Part shown: positions 38,207 through 51,380 of the stretch, one piece after another
Position numbering within the stretch: position 1 is the first letter of the stretch
How the letters are laid out: every line of letters starts with the position of its first letter
Assembly: GCF_006345805.1 (NCBI RefSeq)
Contig: NC_043009.1
Coordinates: 9,052,001 to 9,116,000, forward strand
Direction of reading: 5' to 3'
Source of the DNA: Octopus sinensis
Lineage: Eukaryota
Length of the DNA: 64,000 bases
The notes under the pieces: model-generated
Database searches by the model: none
Told to the model about the DNA's origin: nothing
The model's input: only the letters and a program-made list of their open reading frames with translations
Program-made: the position numbers and the translations under genes

Positions 38207-38429
38207 TAATGCCTGGCTTAACTTGTTAACAGCAGAACTCTCTTTTCCTCTCTCCTCTCTCTTTTTTTCAGATGTAGGTTGTAAAAAAGGAAATGAAAAT
38301 ATACTTTTTGTGGTTTTAGGAGAGTTGCTATCATCTTTTTGCTGTGGAAAAGTAATAATATTTTGGTCATGTATCATTGATGTCAGCATGTGTATATACA
38401 CTAATTCTTCTTATTGTCGTATTTCTTAG

Positions 38430-38516
38430 AGTGGAGGAGATGAAGATTTTGAAGAAGATCCTGCAGAAGAGATACCAGGAACAATAAAGAATAAAGAATA
38501 TTATGATGGTCTTATT
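38430..38516 (+). CDS. STIL: STIL coding exon
   Basis: ttcttag|...ATT|gtaagt. SGGDEDFEEDPAEEIPGTIKNKEYYDGLI; joined to the next exon gives YYDGLINYVKELL, comparable to human LYKDILGQVNHLL. Confidence 0.82.
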
Positions 38517-38749
38517 GTAAGTTTGGGATTCCTTTTTGGTTTTTCACTGTAAATGAGTAAATCTGGTATCTAATTACAGACTGAAAAGCCTTAAATTCAG
38601 TTGTATCATAGACATTTTGCCATGTATATGGGTTGTACACTTAATTCTATCTCTCCATTCATCTCTGCCCACTATTCCTTGGAGGGTCATGGGGGTAGAG
38701 TTCTCAGGCACCTCCTCAATAGGGTCCTATCAGAAGAAACTGTCATAAG

Positions 38750-38978
38750 GCGGTGGGCTGGCAGAAGCGTTAGCACACCAGGTGAAATGCTTAGTGGTAT
38801 TTCGTTTGCCATTATGTTCCGAGTTCAAATTCCGCCGAGGTCGACTTTGCCTTTCATCCTTTCGGGGTTGATAAATTAAGTACCAGTTATGCACTGGGGT
38901 CGATATAATCGACTTAATCCCTTTGTCTGTCCTTGTTTGTCCCCTCTATGTTTAGCCCCTTGTGGCTAGTAAAGAAAT
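38750..38978 (+). mobile_element. family C SINE
   Basis: Full unit. Confidence 0.78.
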
Positions 38979-39549
38979 TAGGAACTGTCATTAGTCTTTC
39001 CAGCTGAATTCTTAAGTGTGACCAACTTAGGACTATGGATATTATTCAACCATCTTATTTTTGGTCTACCCTTGGCTAGAAAAATCTGTCCTGAAATTGT
39101 TTTCTGTGACATTCAAATCACAGTACTGAAGCAGTGCCATGACTTGGAGAGACTGCCTGAGCTCTGAGCTACACATCCTATTGAATAACGTTACTCCAGG
39201 AAGCCTCTGGGGAAGCCCCATTTCCTCTACTTGTATTTATGATTGTACTCTTTCAGTCACTTAATTCTGCTTTGTCTCAAATCATGTAGCCTGACCATGT
39301 ACCTGATCATTTGGAAATGGTGGCTGAGAAAGCCTATTCTCCTGTTGAATCCAGTGGGAGATTTATCTATCATTTACTCAACACCAGAAAGCTTGACTTT
39401 TGAAGCTGCTTGGGATTTAGATGTCATCACCATATTTACATGATTTTCAGTATGTGTGTCATTGACTCAATTAAAAAGTACCAGTCTCTTTGGATAAAAA
39501 TTTTTTATAATAGCCAAGGGTCATCTCAACAATACCAAAGAATAACCTG

Positions 39550-39730
39550 TAAAAAGCACCCACTACACTCTCGGAGTGGTTGGTGTTAGGAAGGGCATCC
39601 AGCTGTAGAAATTCTGCCAGATCAAGATTGAAGCCTGGTGCAGCCATCTGGTTCGCCAGCCCTCAGTCAAAATCGTCCAACCCATGCTAGCATGGAAAGC
39701 GGACGTTAAACGATGATGATGATGATGATG
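39550..39730 (+). mobile_element. family A 3' end
   Basis: Core and tail. Confidence 0.78.
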
Positions 39731-40023
39731 AACTAGCCATCACACACACATATGCTTACACCCAGAGGAATACGACATACAAATGTACTAGGAATTACTT
39801 CAAATATCCACTCCTATGGCTCGATCTGCATAATGTCTAGTCATGAGTTCAAACCATGTTGACTCTGGAAATGGCATTAAACTCTTTGTGTCAGTCTGCT
39901 TAGCTGACAGTATAGTCGATTGGTTAATACTAGAAACATTATAGGAACAACTACTGCCATGTCATAATATGCTTGCATAGGAAATGGAAGGAATTTATAA
40001 ATATTATATTTAGTCTTAGGAAT

Positions 40024-40340
40024 CATCATCAACATCGTTTAATGTCCATTTTCCATGCTGGCATGGGTTGGACGGTTCGACCGGGGTCTGGGAAGCCAGA
40101 AGGCTGCACCAGGCTCCAATCTGATCTGGCAGAGTTTCTACAGCTGGATGCCCATCCTAACATCAACCACTCCAAGAGTGTAGTGGGTGCTTTTTACGTG
40201 CCACCGGCACAGGAGCCAGGCAAGGCTGACATCGGCCACAATCGGTTGGTGCTTTTTACGTGCCACTGGCACGGAAGCCAGTCAAGGCGGCGCTGGCATC
40301 AGTCTCGTTCAGATGGTGCTTTTTATGTGCCACCGGCACA
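40024..40340 (-). mobile_element. family A copy
   Basis: Reverse-complement core. Confidence 0.75.
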
Positions 40341-40502
40341 ACTACAATTTCCATTGATTTTTGATGTTGATGTACTTGACTCAATAGGTCTCCTCAAGCA
40401 CAGAGGAATGTAATTTCCATATATATATGTTTCAGTGTATGTGTATTATCAGTTGTTCATAAAAATAAAATTAAAGCAACATTTTATAATTTTTTTCTTC
40501 AG

Positions 40503-40660
40503 AATTATGTTAAGGAATTGCTGCAGCAAGAATCTCCAACAGAAAATGAAAAACATGGAAAAAGGCACCGAGAGAAAGAATCTGGCAGCCCAGGCTCCGT
40601 ATTAACTTCAACCAATCAAGAGAAAGAAAGCTTGATATCAAACAATACATCTTATCTTTG
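40503..40660 (+). CDS. STIL: STIL coding exon
   Basis: ttcttcag|...CTTTG|gtaatg. NYVKELLQQESPTENEK...NNTSYL; phases 0/2. Confidence 0.82.
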
Positions 40661-41367
40661 GTAATGATTTTTATTCCTTTTTTTTTTTTTTTTTTTTGTT
40701 TTGTATAGTTAGGAATACTCATAATTTATGTTAGAAATATTGTCAGTTTGGTAGATGAGTTGTTAGAGTGTCGGATGAAATGCTCCGTGGTATTTATTCA
40801 GACTTTGCCAAGCTTAATTTTGCTGTTCATCCTTCTGAGATCGATAAGTAAAATACCATTCATAGGGCAGGGATGAGGCAGAAATGTTTTCATGGTCAGA
40901 TAGGGTGCCTTGCAGTATTTGTTCTGGCTCGTTGTGTTCTGAGTTCAAATCATGCTGTGGCCTGCCTGGTTGTCTTGAACCAAGTGATGGAGTACGTCTC
41001 TCATCTGTCACCTGCATTAACACCTGGATCTTGGGTGTCTTGAGGAGTCCAATCTGTTGCAAGCATTTGGGTTGGGTCTATGATTGAAGATACCGCCTGT
41101 AAAGGATCGAGAGCATCGCCCTTTTCTACTGACTTAAAGATATTTTTAAAAAATCAAATTTTATGGGAGACAAAACCATTTAAATGAGCATCACCTTCCT
41201 ACAAGCAATTTTGTTAATTTCCAATCTTCCATGAAAAACATGTCTGACCATGAGAAAATATTATCTTGTTTGGAAACAGATGATAGTTGGTGGCAGGAAG
41301 GGCATCCAGCCATAGGACACCTGCCTCAACAAATTCTGTCTGACCCATGCAGGCATGGAAAAGGGTA

Positions 41368-41775
41368 CATCATCATCATTATTTAACGTCCTCTTTCCAT
41401 GCTAGCATGGGTTGAACGATTTGACAAGAGGACTGGTGAATCAGATGGCTGCACCAAACTCCAATCTGATCTGGCAGAGTTTCTACAGCTGGATGCTCTT
41501 CCTAACACCAACCACTCCGAGAGTGTAGTGGGTGCTTTTACGTGCCAGTTTGGTGGTACTGGCAATGGCCATGCCAAAATGGTGCTTTTTATGTGCCACC
41601 TGCACTGGAGCCAGTCCAGCGGCACTGGTGACGACCTCGCTCAAATGTTTCACGTGCCACCAGTACAAGTGCTAGTAAGGCGACGCGGTAACGATCACGC
41701 TCAAATGGTGTGCTTAAACATGCCATCGGCATGAAGGCCAGCTTGTTGCTCGGGCAATGATCTCACTCGTATGGT
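41368..41775 (-). mobile_element. family A copy (same subfamily as 11632 and 34505)
   Basis: Shares aaggcgacgcggtaacgatcacgctc...gaaggccagcttgttgctc. Confidence 0.78.
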
Positions 41776-42419
41776 ACTTGATAATGGTAATGGTGGTGGT
41801 AGCTGTACTGTTGAAGGCAAAAGTTTTTGACCTGGAGCAGGATACTGTTCTTATAACAAGGATGCAGAGTATTATTTGAAGTGGAATTTTATTGCGAGAT
41901 GTTCTTCCTGTTGGCAACTCTTAACCTGGTTTTTAAGTAAGAGATATTTTATCCCAGAGGTTTTCAAAGGTGCAGTGCAACTGGTCAAAATACTTACTTG
42001 TGTTTGTGGTGGCATTCATTAGGGATGGGTTGAGCTGGCTCTGACCAACAAGTGTTCAGAGTTTCAGTGGGAATACAAGTTCACATGCAGTCCTTGGTCA
42101 AATGCATACACACTTTGGGATAGTGTGACTCATAACAGCTCATCTTGTCATCCATTGTTGACCAATACGGAGGATTCACTGACCAAGTCACTGCTGACCT
42201 TCGAAGCAGATGTGACCTGGGTTTGAAGTAGGTTCTAGAGACATGCCTTAATAAAAGCTAAGGGGTTTCTCACTCCCACTGGTCTTCACACACACACATG
42301 TGCGTGTGTTTGGGAGTACGGTATGTATTTTGGATACAAAGGGTTCAGGAAGACTAGAAAACGAAGCAAGCTTGCTTTGCTGGATGTGTAATGTTAGTGT
42401 GCACAATTGATGGAGTGGT

Positions 42420-42860
42420 TAGTTATGAACTGAAAGTTAGTTCGTTAGTTAATTTTTTGGCTCAAAAAGCAAAAAGCAAGGCCATGTAGGGGGACATGGA
42501 GTTATGTACAGGGTGGTGTTCATGTAAAGAGTTCAGGCCACTTGAGGTCCAGGGAGACTTTGAACCGAGCGGTCGTCGGCATCTTCACCATCTCGTCTGG
42601 CAGCTTATTCCACGGATCCGCAACCCGGACGGAGAAAGTAAAACTGGATATAAGAGGAATCAAATGAAATATACAAGAGAGAAGAGTTTGCTGATGTGGA
42701 CATGTGGTGTGAATGGAGGATGACATTTGTATAAAGAAGTAGTGCACTCTTAGGGTAAATGAAATCTGTGGAAGAAGAAGATAAAGAAAGACATGCGATG
42801 CAGGGTGAAGACTAAATTCAACCTGTTTCACCCCAGGGAGGAGATGATAAAGAACCATGT
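42420..42860 (-). mobile_element. CR1-type LINE ORF2 C-terminus and 3' UTR remnant
   Basis: FSVRVADPWNKLPDEMVKMPTTARFKVSLDLKW matches the CR1 terminal motif FSxRVVxxWNxLPxxVVxAxSxxxFKxxLD. Confidence 0.8.
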
Positions 42861-43595
42861 TGATTGGTAATTTTAACTACAAAATGTCATGATGGTTATG
42901 TCTGGCTTGCCTTAGTCTGCTCATTCAGGCTTGATATAGGGTAAACAATAGCAACACACATACTTGAGTTGGGTTACAGTTTGTTCCTGTAAGCAGTGAG
43001 AAGCTTTATATAGGGTATGTGCTATGTTCACCTATGACTATAGCTTTTTTTTTGTTTTTTTTTTGTTTGTTCCTTCTCGAGCCATTCCTGGCTCATAGGG
43101 GCCGGTTTCCTGGTTTCTTGGCATATAGGTTCCCCACCTGGACGGGATGCTGGTCCGTTGCAGTTGAGCTGCAAGATGCAGGAGGAAAGAGTGTGAGAAA
43201 TTTGTGGCGAAAGAGTCAGCAGAAGTTCGCCATTACCTTCTGTCAGAGCCGCGTGGAGCTTAGGTGTCTCGCTCATAAACACACACATCACCCGGTTTGA
43301 AATTCGAACCCGCGATCCCTCGAGCTTGGTGAATGGCAGATCATATCAGATTGACCAGCCACTGTTCAATTGGATCTACTGACACAAGTGGGTATGGGAT
43401 CACCAAGAAAATAAAAGTAGAGATGGAAGAAAGAGGAATGATTCCAAAGTCAAAAGTCTGTTAGAATTTCCTTTTTGTAATTCATTTTCACTATTTCCTC
43501 TCCATGTGTTGTATTTATTGATGTTAAGAAAACAAAAACTTGTTATATATACACTTACGTTGGAATGACTCATTTCTTTTCTTTTCTTGTTTCAG

Positions 43596-44307
43596 TTCTG
43601 GCTTCAATTCAGTTGACTGTACATTGCTTCCTAAAATCAATTATATTTCCATGTTGCTTGAATCGGACACTGAGACTTCAATGGAAATCAACAGCATGGC
43701 ACTGAAATACCTAAAAGACGAGCAACTGACGCAGATGGCCAAACTACGCAGTCAAAGTACCGCTCCGGCAGCAGCAAAAGCTAACAACAAGAACTTCCTC
43801 TGTCAGATAATGCGTTATGGCCTGGACTCGAGCAGTCCAGACATTAGCAAATACGGTATGTCAGTGAATGACTTGACATTTGCAACTCGAAAGTATATGG
43901 AAAAACATCACTTAATTGAAGAATCCGACAGCAAAAACATGAGTTTCTTACTCAAAGATGACACAGCTAATTATTTGCCCTACTCACATACTAGAAACAC
44001 TAATTCTTCTCAAATCTCAAATTCCTCTGAAAATATGGCTTTGTTTGAGAGACCAAAAGAAGTGAGGCAAAATTTGACCCAAACCAAATTAAATGTTAGG
44101 AAACCTTTTCAAAATATCCAGCAAAAGCTTTTACCTATGTCCGAGTCAACTCCCATGTTTAAGCCGTACCTGAAAAAACAGTCTCCTGAACAACCACAGA
44201 TGTTCTTACAAACACCTCCTCCAGTTCTTGAAGGAGATCCTGGAAATTCTGCTAATGAGAGAATTCTAGATATAGCGAAATTAAAACAGATGCCCAAATT
44301 GTTATAG
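43596..44307 (+). CDS. STIL: STIL last coding exon (STAN, TIM and C-terminal motifs, stop codon)
   Basis: tttcag|; LLPKINYISM...SMEINSMALKYLKDEQL (STAN), DLTFATRKYMEKHHLI (TIM), ILDIAKLKQMPKLL* (human FLDVKRLRQLPKLF*). Confidence 0.96.
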
Positions 44308-44918
44308 CACACCTGTTGTGGTGGATACCTGTTTATAATGGTGGTTTGACCTCCATTTGATGTATTCATATTGACTAGGTCAATTAACTGGCAGAAATGG
44401 TAGAGCATCAGATTTAAATACCTTACACTGTATTTCATTTTGTTCCCCTACATTGTGGGTTCAGTTCTCCGTTGAGGCTGAGTTTGCATTTTATCCTTTC
44501 GGGATTGATAATTGCAAAAATAAACCCATGTGCCTAATCAAAAGAAATCATTGTAACAGCATTGGTTGTTATATGGGGAAGGTAGCTGAACTGGTGAACC
44601 ACACAGTGGATACCTTACTGCCAGGGTTAATTTTTTTTTTTTCACCTTTCACTTCCCCATGGAAGTGATAAAATGAATACCAACAATAAAATGATTCAAT
44701 GCAATTGATTATTCATCCATCTCTTTTATACAAAGAAATGATTTTGTAGCTGGTTAATGAAAAATTAATTAATGAAAGTGAACATAGTTGCAAATCAAAA
44801 AAAAAAATCATTTTTTATAATGAACTGTATAAATGTTTTATTAATCTGTAAAGGAAAACAAATTGTTATATATATGTACAAAAAACCCCTGTTTTACCTT
44901 CTTTTCTCTACTGTTGGT

Positions 44919-44924
44919 AATAAA
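44919..44924 (+). promoter_or_regulatory. candidate STIL polyadenylation signal
   Basis: AATAAA with upstream TGTA motifs and a downstream GT/T-rich tract; other AATAAA at 44519 and 44685. Confidence 0.4.
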
Positions 44925-46069
44925 TCATGAATTTTGGATTGTTGTTCTCTAGTTTTCATTACACACCTTTCACAGTTAGTTCTCTATGTAGGCACAGGTA
45001 TGGCCATGTGGTTAAGAAGCTCACTTTGCAACCATGTGGTTTCAGGTTCAGTCCCACTGTGTGGAAGCTAAGGCAAATATCTCCCATAGCCCCTTGTGAG
45101 TGAATTTAGTGGATGGAAACTATATGGAAGCTTACTATGTCCATCTGTCTGTCTTTCTCATCATCATTGGACTCCCCTTATCATAAACTTGCTGAACTAA
45201 TGCATGAATGTTTTGTTCATAGTGACCAAGGGCTTGTGCTGTATATTAGCTCACTTCCTCACTCAAATCAGCCTTGCTTGTTCCATGTGGTGCAAAGTGT
45301 GCCACATGTGAGATGTTGAAGTGATTCTCTGAGCAATGTGGAAGGAAGTGTTCTGTTCGAGAACACAGTGCACTTCCCAGTCCAGGAATCGAAACCACGA
45401 TCTTGTGATCATGAGTGCAACACCCTAACCACTAAGCATTTATACATGCATATGTGTGCGTGTTTGCGTTTGTCCCTCTCCACTACCACCATGTGACAAC
45501 CACTGTTTGTTTGTTTTTGTCCCGGTAACTTAATAGTTCAATAAAAAGAGATCAATAATATGAGTACTAGATTTAAGTCCGGCGGTCAATTTGTTGGACT
45601 AAAACCCTTCAAAGCGGTGCCCCCAACATGGTCACACTTCAGTGACTGAAACAAAAAATACAAAAAAAACATAAAATGTTCATGTCAGCATGTAAAGCTG
45701 ATATTGGATAAATCTTAATCAACTTCTGTAGATTAGGGTTCCAGTTGGATAGAATTTTATAATGTTCATGATATACATTGATGTAGTGGAGACCCGTTCT
45801 GCACAGCAGAAGGGTCAAGGCTGCATCCCCTGGGGAAGAAGATTGGCTTGCAACAATCCTGTGCCGGCACCATGTAAAAAGAAATTGTGCCAGTGGCACA
45901 TAAGAGTGCTCATGCCAGTGGCACATTAAAAGCACCCAGCATACACTGTAAAGTGGTTGGCATTAGGAAGGGCATCCAGCCGTAGAAACCTTTTGCCAAA
46001 ACAGACTGGAACCTGGTGCAGCTCTCCAGTTTGCTGGCTCCAGTCAAACTATATTTGCATACACATGCC

Positions 46070-46503
46070 TTGACTGGCTTCTGTGCTGGTGGCACGTGAC
46101 CTGCTGTGCTTGAGGAGACCTATTGAGTCAAGTACATAAACATCGGAATAAATATCAAATGGAAATAGTAGTTGTGATACTTGTGCTGGTGGCATGTATA
46201 AAGCACCAACCAATCGTGGCCGATGCCAGCGCTGCCTTGACTGGCTTCTGTGCTGGTGGCACGTAAAAAGCACCAACCGATGGTGGACGCTGCCAGCCTC
46301 CTCTGGCACCTGTGCCGGTGGCATGTAAAAAGCACCCACTACACTCATGGAGTGGTTGGCATTAGGAAGGGCATCCAGCTGTAGAAACACTGCCAGATCA
46401 GACTGGAGCCTGGTACAGCCTCCTGGCTTCCCAGACCCCAGTCGAACCGTCCTACCCGTGCTAGCACGGAAAATGGACGTTAAACGATGATGATGATGAT
46501 CAT
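46070..46503 (+). mobile_element. family A copy (preceded by a degenerate copy at about 45855-46030)
   Basis: Core and (GAT)n tail. Confidence 0.75.
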
Positions 46504-46769
46504 GATGCATAAACTAAGAATTTGCAAAAGAAACTTATAAATTATAGTAACTAAGGACTTTATATACAGTTATAAATATTTAGGGGTGAAAAAAGTTTTC
46601 ATACAGAATAAATTTATGATTTTCTATGCCACAAAATACTGTTAAAATAAATTTTTTTTTACTAGAACTTTCTCGTTTGTTCCAATAATCTTATCAGTTG
46701 TAATTTTTAAGTCTCAAAACACTAACTTCTTCATTCAGCATTGAGACAACATAAAATAGTATCGTAATA

Positions 46770-46978
46770 ATGTCGAAAAGTAAAGAACTCACAAATTCAG
46801 TGAAAAACTTAATTATTGAAAGCAGGTAAAAGTTACAGGAAAATATCAGAGACATTTTGTATTCCATTTTCTACCATATCTTCATTTATTCAAAGATATA
46901 AAAAAATCGGGAACTGTTGAAAACAGAATAAGATCTGGTGCACCATGCAAGATTTCCCCTAGATCTTTAAGAAAAATG
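46770..46978 (+). pseudogene. Tc1-family transposase N-terminal remnant (two frameshifts)
   Basis: MSKSKELTNSVKNLIIE/AGKSYRKISETFCIPFSTISSFIQRYKK/SGTVENRIRSGAPCKISPRSLRKM resembles the Tc1 paired-like HTH plus GRPR-like linker. Confidence 0.75.
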
Positions 46979-47026
46979 TATGGAAAATGGACGTTAAATG
47001 ACACTGATGATAAACAATGTTTATAG

Positions 47027-47325
47027 GCGTAGGAGTGGCTGTGTGGTAAGTAGCTTGCTTACCAACTACATGGTTGCAGGTTCAGTCCCACTACATGGCA
47101 CTTTGGGCAAGTGTCTTCTACTATAGCCTTGGGCCGACCAAAGCCTTGTGAGTGGATTTGGTAGATAGAAACTGAAAGAAGCCCCGTAACTTAGCGGTTC
47201 GGCAAAAGAGACCAATCAAATAAGTACTAGGCTTACAAAGAATAAGTCCTGGGGTCGAGTCGCTCGATTAAAGGCAGTGCTCCAGCATGGCCGCAGTCAA
47301 ATGACTGAAACAAGTAAAAGAGTAG
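47027..47325 (+). mobile_element. family B SINE lacking the internal microsatellite
   Basis: ggcgtaggagtggctgtgtggtaag...gactgaaacaagtaaaagag. Confidence 0.8.
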
Positions 47326-48231
47326 TGTATTAAAGCAAACACATACTTCAACTTACATTGTTTCAAGATACATCTTTATTAACTTTACATTTTGTCTTTT
47401 TAAAAAAGCTTAATGGGAAAAAATTGAACCTCAACTTCAGCTGGTTTTGTCCGACTTTATGTTGGTCTTAGTGAATATATTTGACCTTTCAGCATTTAGA
47501 TTTTTTCTCTGTCAAACGTAAAGCTTATTTATTCACATTGCTTTGAATCAATCATGAATTTATCTTGTAGCTTTGAGATTTCAATGAGGTCTATTTTTAG
47601 AATGTCATTGTAGGGTAAGTGTGAGAAGCTGGATCTGGCCAGTTTGAACATAAAACAAATAGAATGTTTGGGCCAGATAAAGGATTTAAAAAAAAAAAGA
47701 ATAAAAAAAACTAAAGGATTAAAAATAACACTTAAAAATCAACACTGATGTGGAAAATCAAATACCCTATCTGTGAAAATATGTACAGGCATAGGTGTGG
47801 CTATGTGGTAAGAAGCTTGCTTCCAAACCATATGGTTCTGGGTTCAGTCACTGTGTGGCACCTTGGGCAAGTGTCTTCTACTATAGCCTCAAGTCAACCA
47901 AAGCCTTGTGAGTGGATTTGGTTGACAGAAACTGAAAGAAAGCCCGTCATATGTATGTATATATGTGTGTGTGTCTTTGTGTCTGTGTTTGTTCCCCCAC
48001 CACTGTTTGACAACTGGTGTTGGTACATTTACATCCTTGTAACCTGGCGTTCTGGGGGCCACCTTGAAAAACTTTTAGTCAAATGAATTGACCCCACTAC
48101 TTAATTTTCTTGCTAAGCCTGGTACATATTCTATCATCCACTTTTGCTGACACTAGTTGTCAAGCAGGGGTCAGGGTCACACAGGAACAAAGCATACACA
48201 CATAGATATATATATATGCGTATATGTATAT

Positions 48232-48500
48232 ATCATCATCGTCATCATCATCATTTAATGTCTGTTTTCCATGCTGGCATGGGTTGGATGGTTTGACAGG
48301 TCTGGAGAGCCAGTGGCTGCACCACGTTCCAATCTGATCTGGCAATGTTTCTACAGCTGGATGCCCTTCCTTACACCAACCACTCCGAGAGTGTAGTGGG
48401 TGCTTTTTACATGCCACTGGCACAAGAGCCAGTCAGGCAGGCCTGGCATCGGTCACGTTCTGATAGTGCATTTTATGTGTCACCGGCACGGGAGCCAATC
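48232..48500 (-). mobile_element. family A copy
   Basis: (CAT)n and reverse-complement core. Confidence 0.72.
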
Positions 48501-48749
48501 AGGATATATGTATATACATATATGCATGTGTGTGTGTGTATTTTCTTTCAGTTTCCATTCATGAAATCCTCTCAAAAGGCTTTGGTCAGCCGGGAGTTTG
48601 TAGATCTTTCATCTTTGACATTCATCCTCTTCATTTCTGCAACACAATTTTTCAAATAGTTCTGCTTCACTTGAGATTCATTTTATGCTAGAAGCATTTT
48701 TTTTATTCACTCCCTATTCTTCTCTGGTTGTTAGATTGAGTTGTTTGTT

Positions 48750-48888
48750 AGAGCTTGCTTACCAACCACATGGTTCCGGATTCAGTCCCACTGTGTGGCA
48801 CCTTGGGCAAGTATCTTCTACTATAGCCTTGGGCTGACCAAAGCCTTGTGAGTGGATTTGGTAGACAGAAACTGAAAGAAACCCGACG

Positions 48889-48926
<38 letters not shown>

Positions 48927-49629
48927 ATATATATATATTTCAACAATTGAGGGCAAAATTAATTAATTATTAATCAATTTCACCAAGTGTTCAGTATGCA
49001 AAGGGACCATTCAAGGCGAATTCAAATTATTACATTATATAAAAGGGCTTAGTAAAATAAATTACTTTGCCGCATACTGAACTCATTAGAAATAGCAGCT
49101 AAAAAACTTTTTTAAAACTATTTCTAATACTTAAAGAAAATCTCTCTCATATATAGTGTTTGCTTAATTCAACTCACAAAAGTTTGGGGTAAGGACATCG
49201 AAAAATCAAATGCTAAGGTTATTCGAGAACGTACGTTCAAGATTAGTCAAAACAACATTTCTATCATCGGCTCAGAAATTCCTTGGTTTGGATTTGGAAA
49301 CACTGAAAATAAGAACATACCCTTTCGAAGATCTTCGAAAGGGTATGTTCTTATTTTCAGTGTTTCCAAATCCAAACCAAGGAATTTCTGAGCCGATGAT
49401 AGAAATGTTGTTTTGACTAATCTTGAAACGTACGTTCTCGAATAACCTTAGCATTTGATTTTTCGATGTCCTTACCCCCAAACTTTTGTGAGTTGAATTA
49501 AGCAAACACTATATATGAGAGAGATTTTCTTTAAGTATTAGAAATAGTTTTAAAAAAGTTTTTTAGCTGCTATTTCTAATGAGTTCAGTATGCGGCAAAG
49601 TAATTTATTTTACTAAGCCCTTTTATATA

Positions 49630-49665
<36 letters not shown>

Positions 49666-49858
49666 TTGTCCCCTACCAACATTGCTTGACATCGATGGTG
49701 GTGTGTTTACGTCCCCGTAACTTAGCGGTTCGGCAAAAGAGACTGATAGAATAAGTACTAGGCTTACAAAGAATAAGTCCTGGGGTCGATTTCCTTGACT
49801 GAAGGCGGTGCTTTAGCATGGCTGCAGTCAAAATGACTGAAACAAGTAAAAGAGTAAG
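48750..49858 (+). mobile_element. family B SINE split by an element containing the 49034-49631 palindrome
   Basis: 5' half at 48750-48890, 3' half at about 49645-49858. Confidence 0.7.
49034..49631. repeat. 598-bp spacerless palindrome
   Basis: Centre AGA|TCT at 49331/49332; by eye the arms differ only by two 1-nt indels. Confidence 0.92.
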
Positions 49859-50301
49859 AGTAACTGACACTGTTCATGCAGTGGGATTGAACCTCTAACC
49901 ACGTGGTTCAAAAGCGAACTTCTTAACCACACAGCCATGTCTCATAATAAAACAATGACAATTCATAATAGCATAATGGAATGAAGTACAATCACGTACA
50001 CCGCACCCGATATTAAGCATGTTTGAATGGGTATCCATGCATGTCTGTGTCTATAAAACAAGCTTAGTTAGTGTTGATTAAATCAACTGGATAATGATTT
50101 CCTAGTTAAAAAACCTGATATTACTTATCCTGTAAAGATGACATATCCTGTAATTGAACCATTATGTTGGTCTCAGCAATGATTATTCTACACGTTCAAT
50201 CAATGGAATTATCTGCTCAGCGAATTATGTCAGTCGTTATAGTGTAAACGGCGGAGTATTCCACATTGTCAATGTGACATTTGTGTGAAAAGGCTGTTCC
50301 C

Positions 50302-50727
50302 GGATCTTTTCGGTTTGAACGGCAGTTTTTTAAAATAATTTCCACGTAACTAAACACTTTTAAACTTCATTTACTGGTAGAATGTGTTTATAAAACATCT
50401 TTTTCTCTTGGCTTTATTGAAAAAATTCTATAGTTTGTAAGATATTTGTTGTTTTTTTTTTTCTTCAATTTCTGCAATTTCAACCAATCACTGACGTCTG
50501 TCGAGGTAAAAAACATTCTGTGCCGTATGAATATGTTCCTCGTTTAAGAAACAGATTGGGTTTACTTACATTTGTGAAGAAAATAGATACCCTTCCCTCC
50601 ACCCCTAATCCTAACCCTAACCCTAAAACAGATTGAAATGCAATAGATCGATACTAGGGTCATAATTATGGGTGACAATTTCATGTGACACCGCTAGAAA
50701 AAACTGCCGTTCAAACCGAAAAGATCC
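50302..50727. mobile_element. hAT-type MITE with CCCTAA units
   Basis: Same TIR as 29390; TSD tgttccc (7-8 bp). Confidence 0.85.
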
Positions 50728-51380
50728 TGTTCCCTTTGCATTCATCTCATAGAGTTCCACATGATCTACGTCTTTCATTGTATAAGCAGTTAAGTGTCCT
50801 AAAGTCACTTAACATGATCCTCAAGTAGAATCTGTGTGTTGGAGGGTGGGCTATTTAATTACTGGTACAGTGTCCGTTTGATAGGCTTCTATCCAACTTC
50901 ATTTACAGAGCTTGAGTCAACCTGAAACTAGTCGAAGAAGACACTTGCCTCAAGTGCCATGCGATGGCAGCCAATTTGGGACATGATTATGAAGCAAACT
51001 TCTGAACCCTGCTGCACAGCATCATCATTGTCCTCTTCTACCTCCTTTTCCTCATCCTCCTCATCCTCTTTCTTGTCCTCCCCTTCTCCTCCAACTCTTG
51101 ATGAAAAGCACACAAATCCCAATAGCTCAATCTGTCTAGCTGTAGTGTTCTTTTCTACCGTTTAACTGGGGAAAGGGTGGCAGTACCCGTGACATTACAA
51201 AGAAGGGAGAAAGATATCCTTAAGTCAGACTTCTAGCCTAAATGCCTATAAAAGACTAAACACTGATAAAGGAACCTGAGAACCAATCCAAATGATAGAT
51301 TAGGTCTGCCACCCAAGAACTTAGAATGCAAAGAGCTGGAATAAATACTACAAAGCATCTCATCTGATGACCTCTCACTT

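Noticed and set aside
50595-50630. Telomere or chromosome-end signature (CCCTAA)n
   Set aside because: Only a few degenerate units, internal to a dispersed MITE.
50200-50810. Possible exon interrupted by the 50302 MITE (minus-strand frame of about 52 aa after removing it)
   Set aside because: No recognisable homology and no convincing splice sites.
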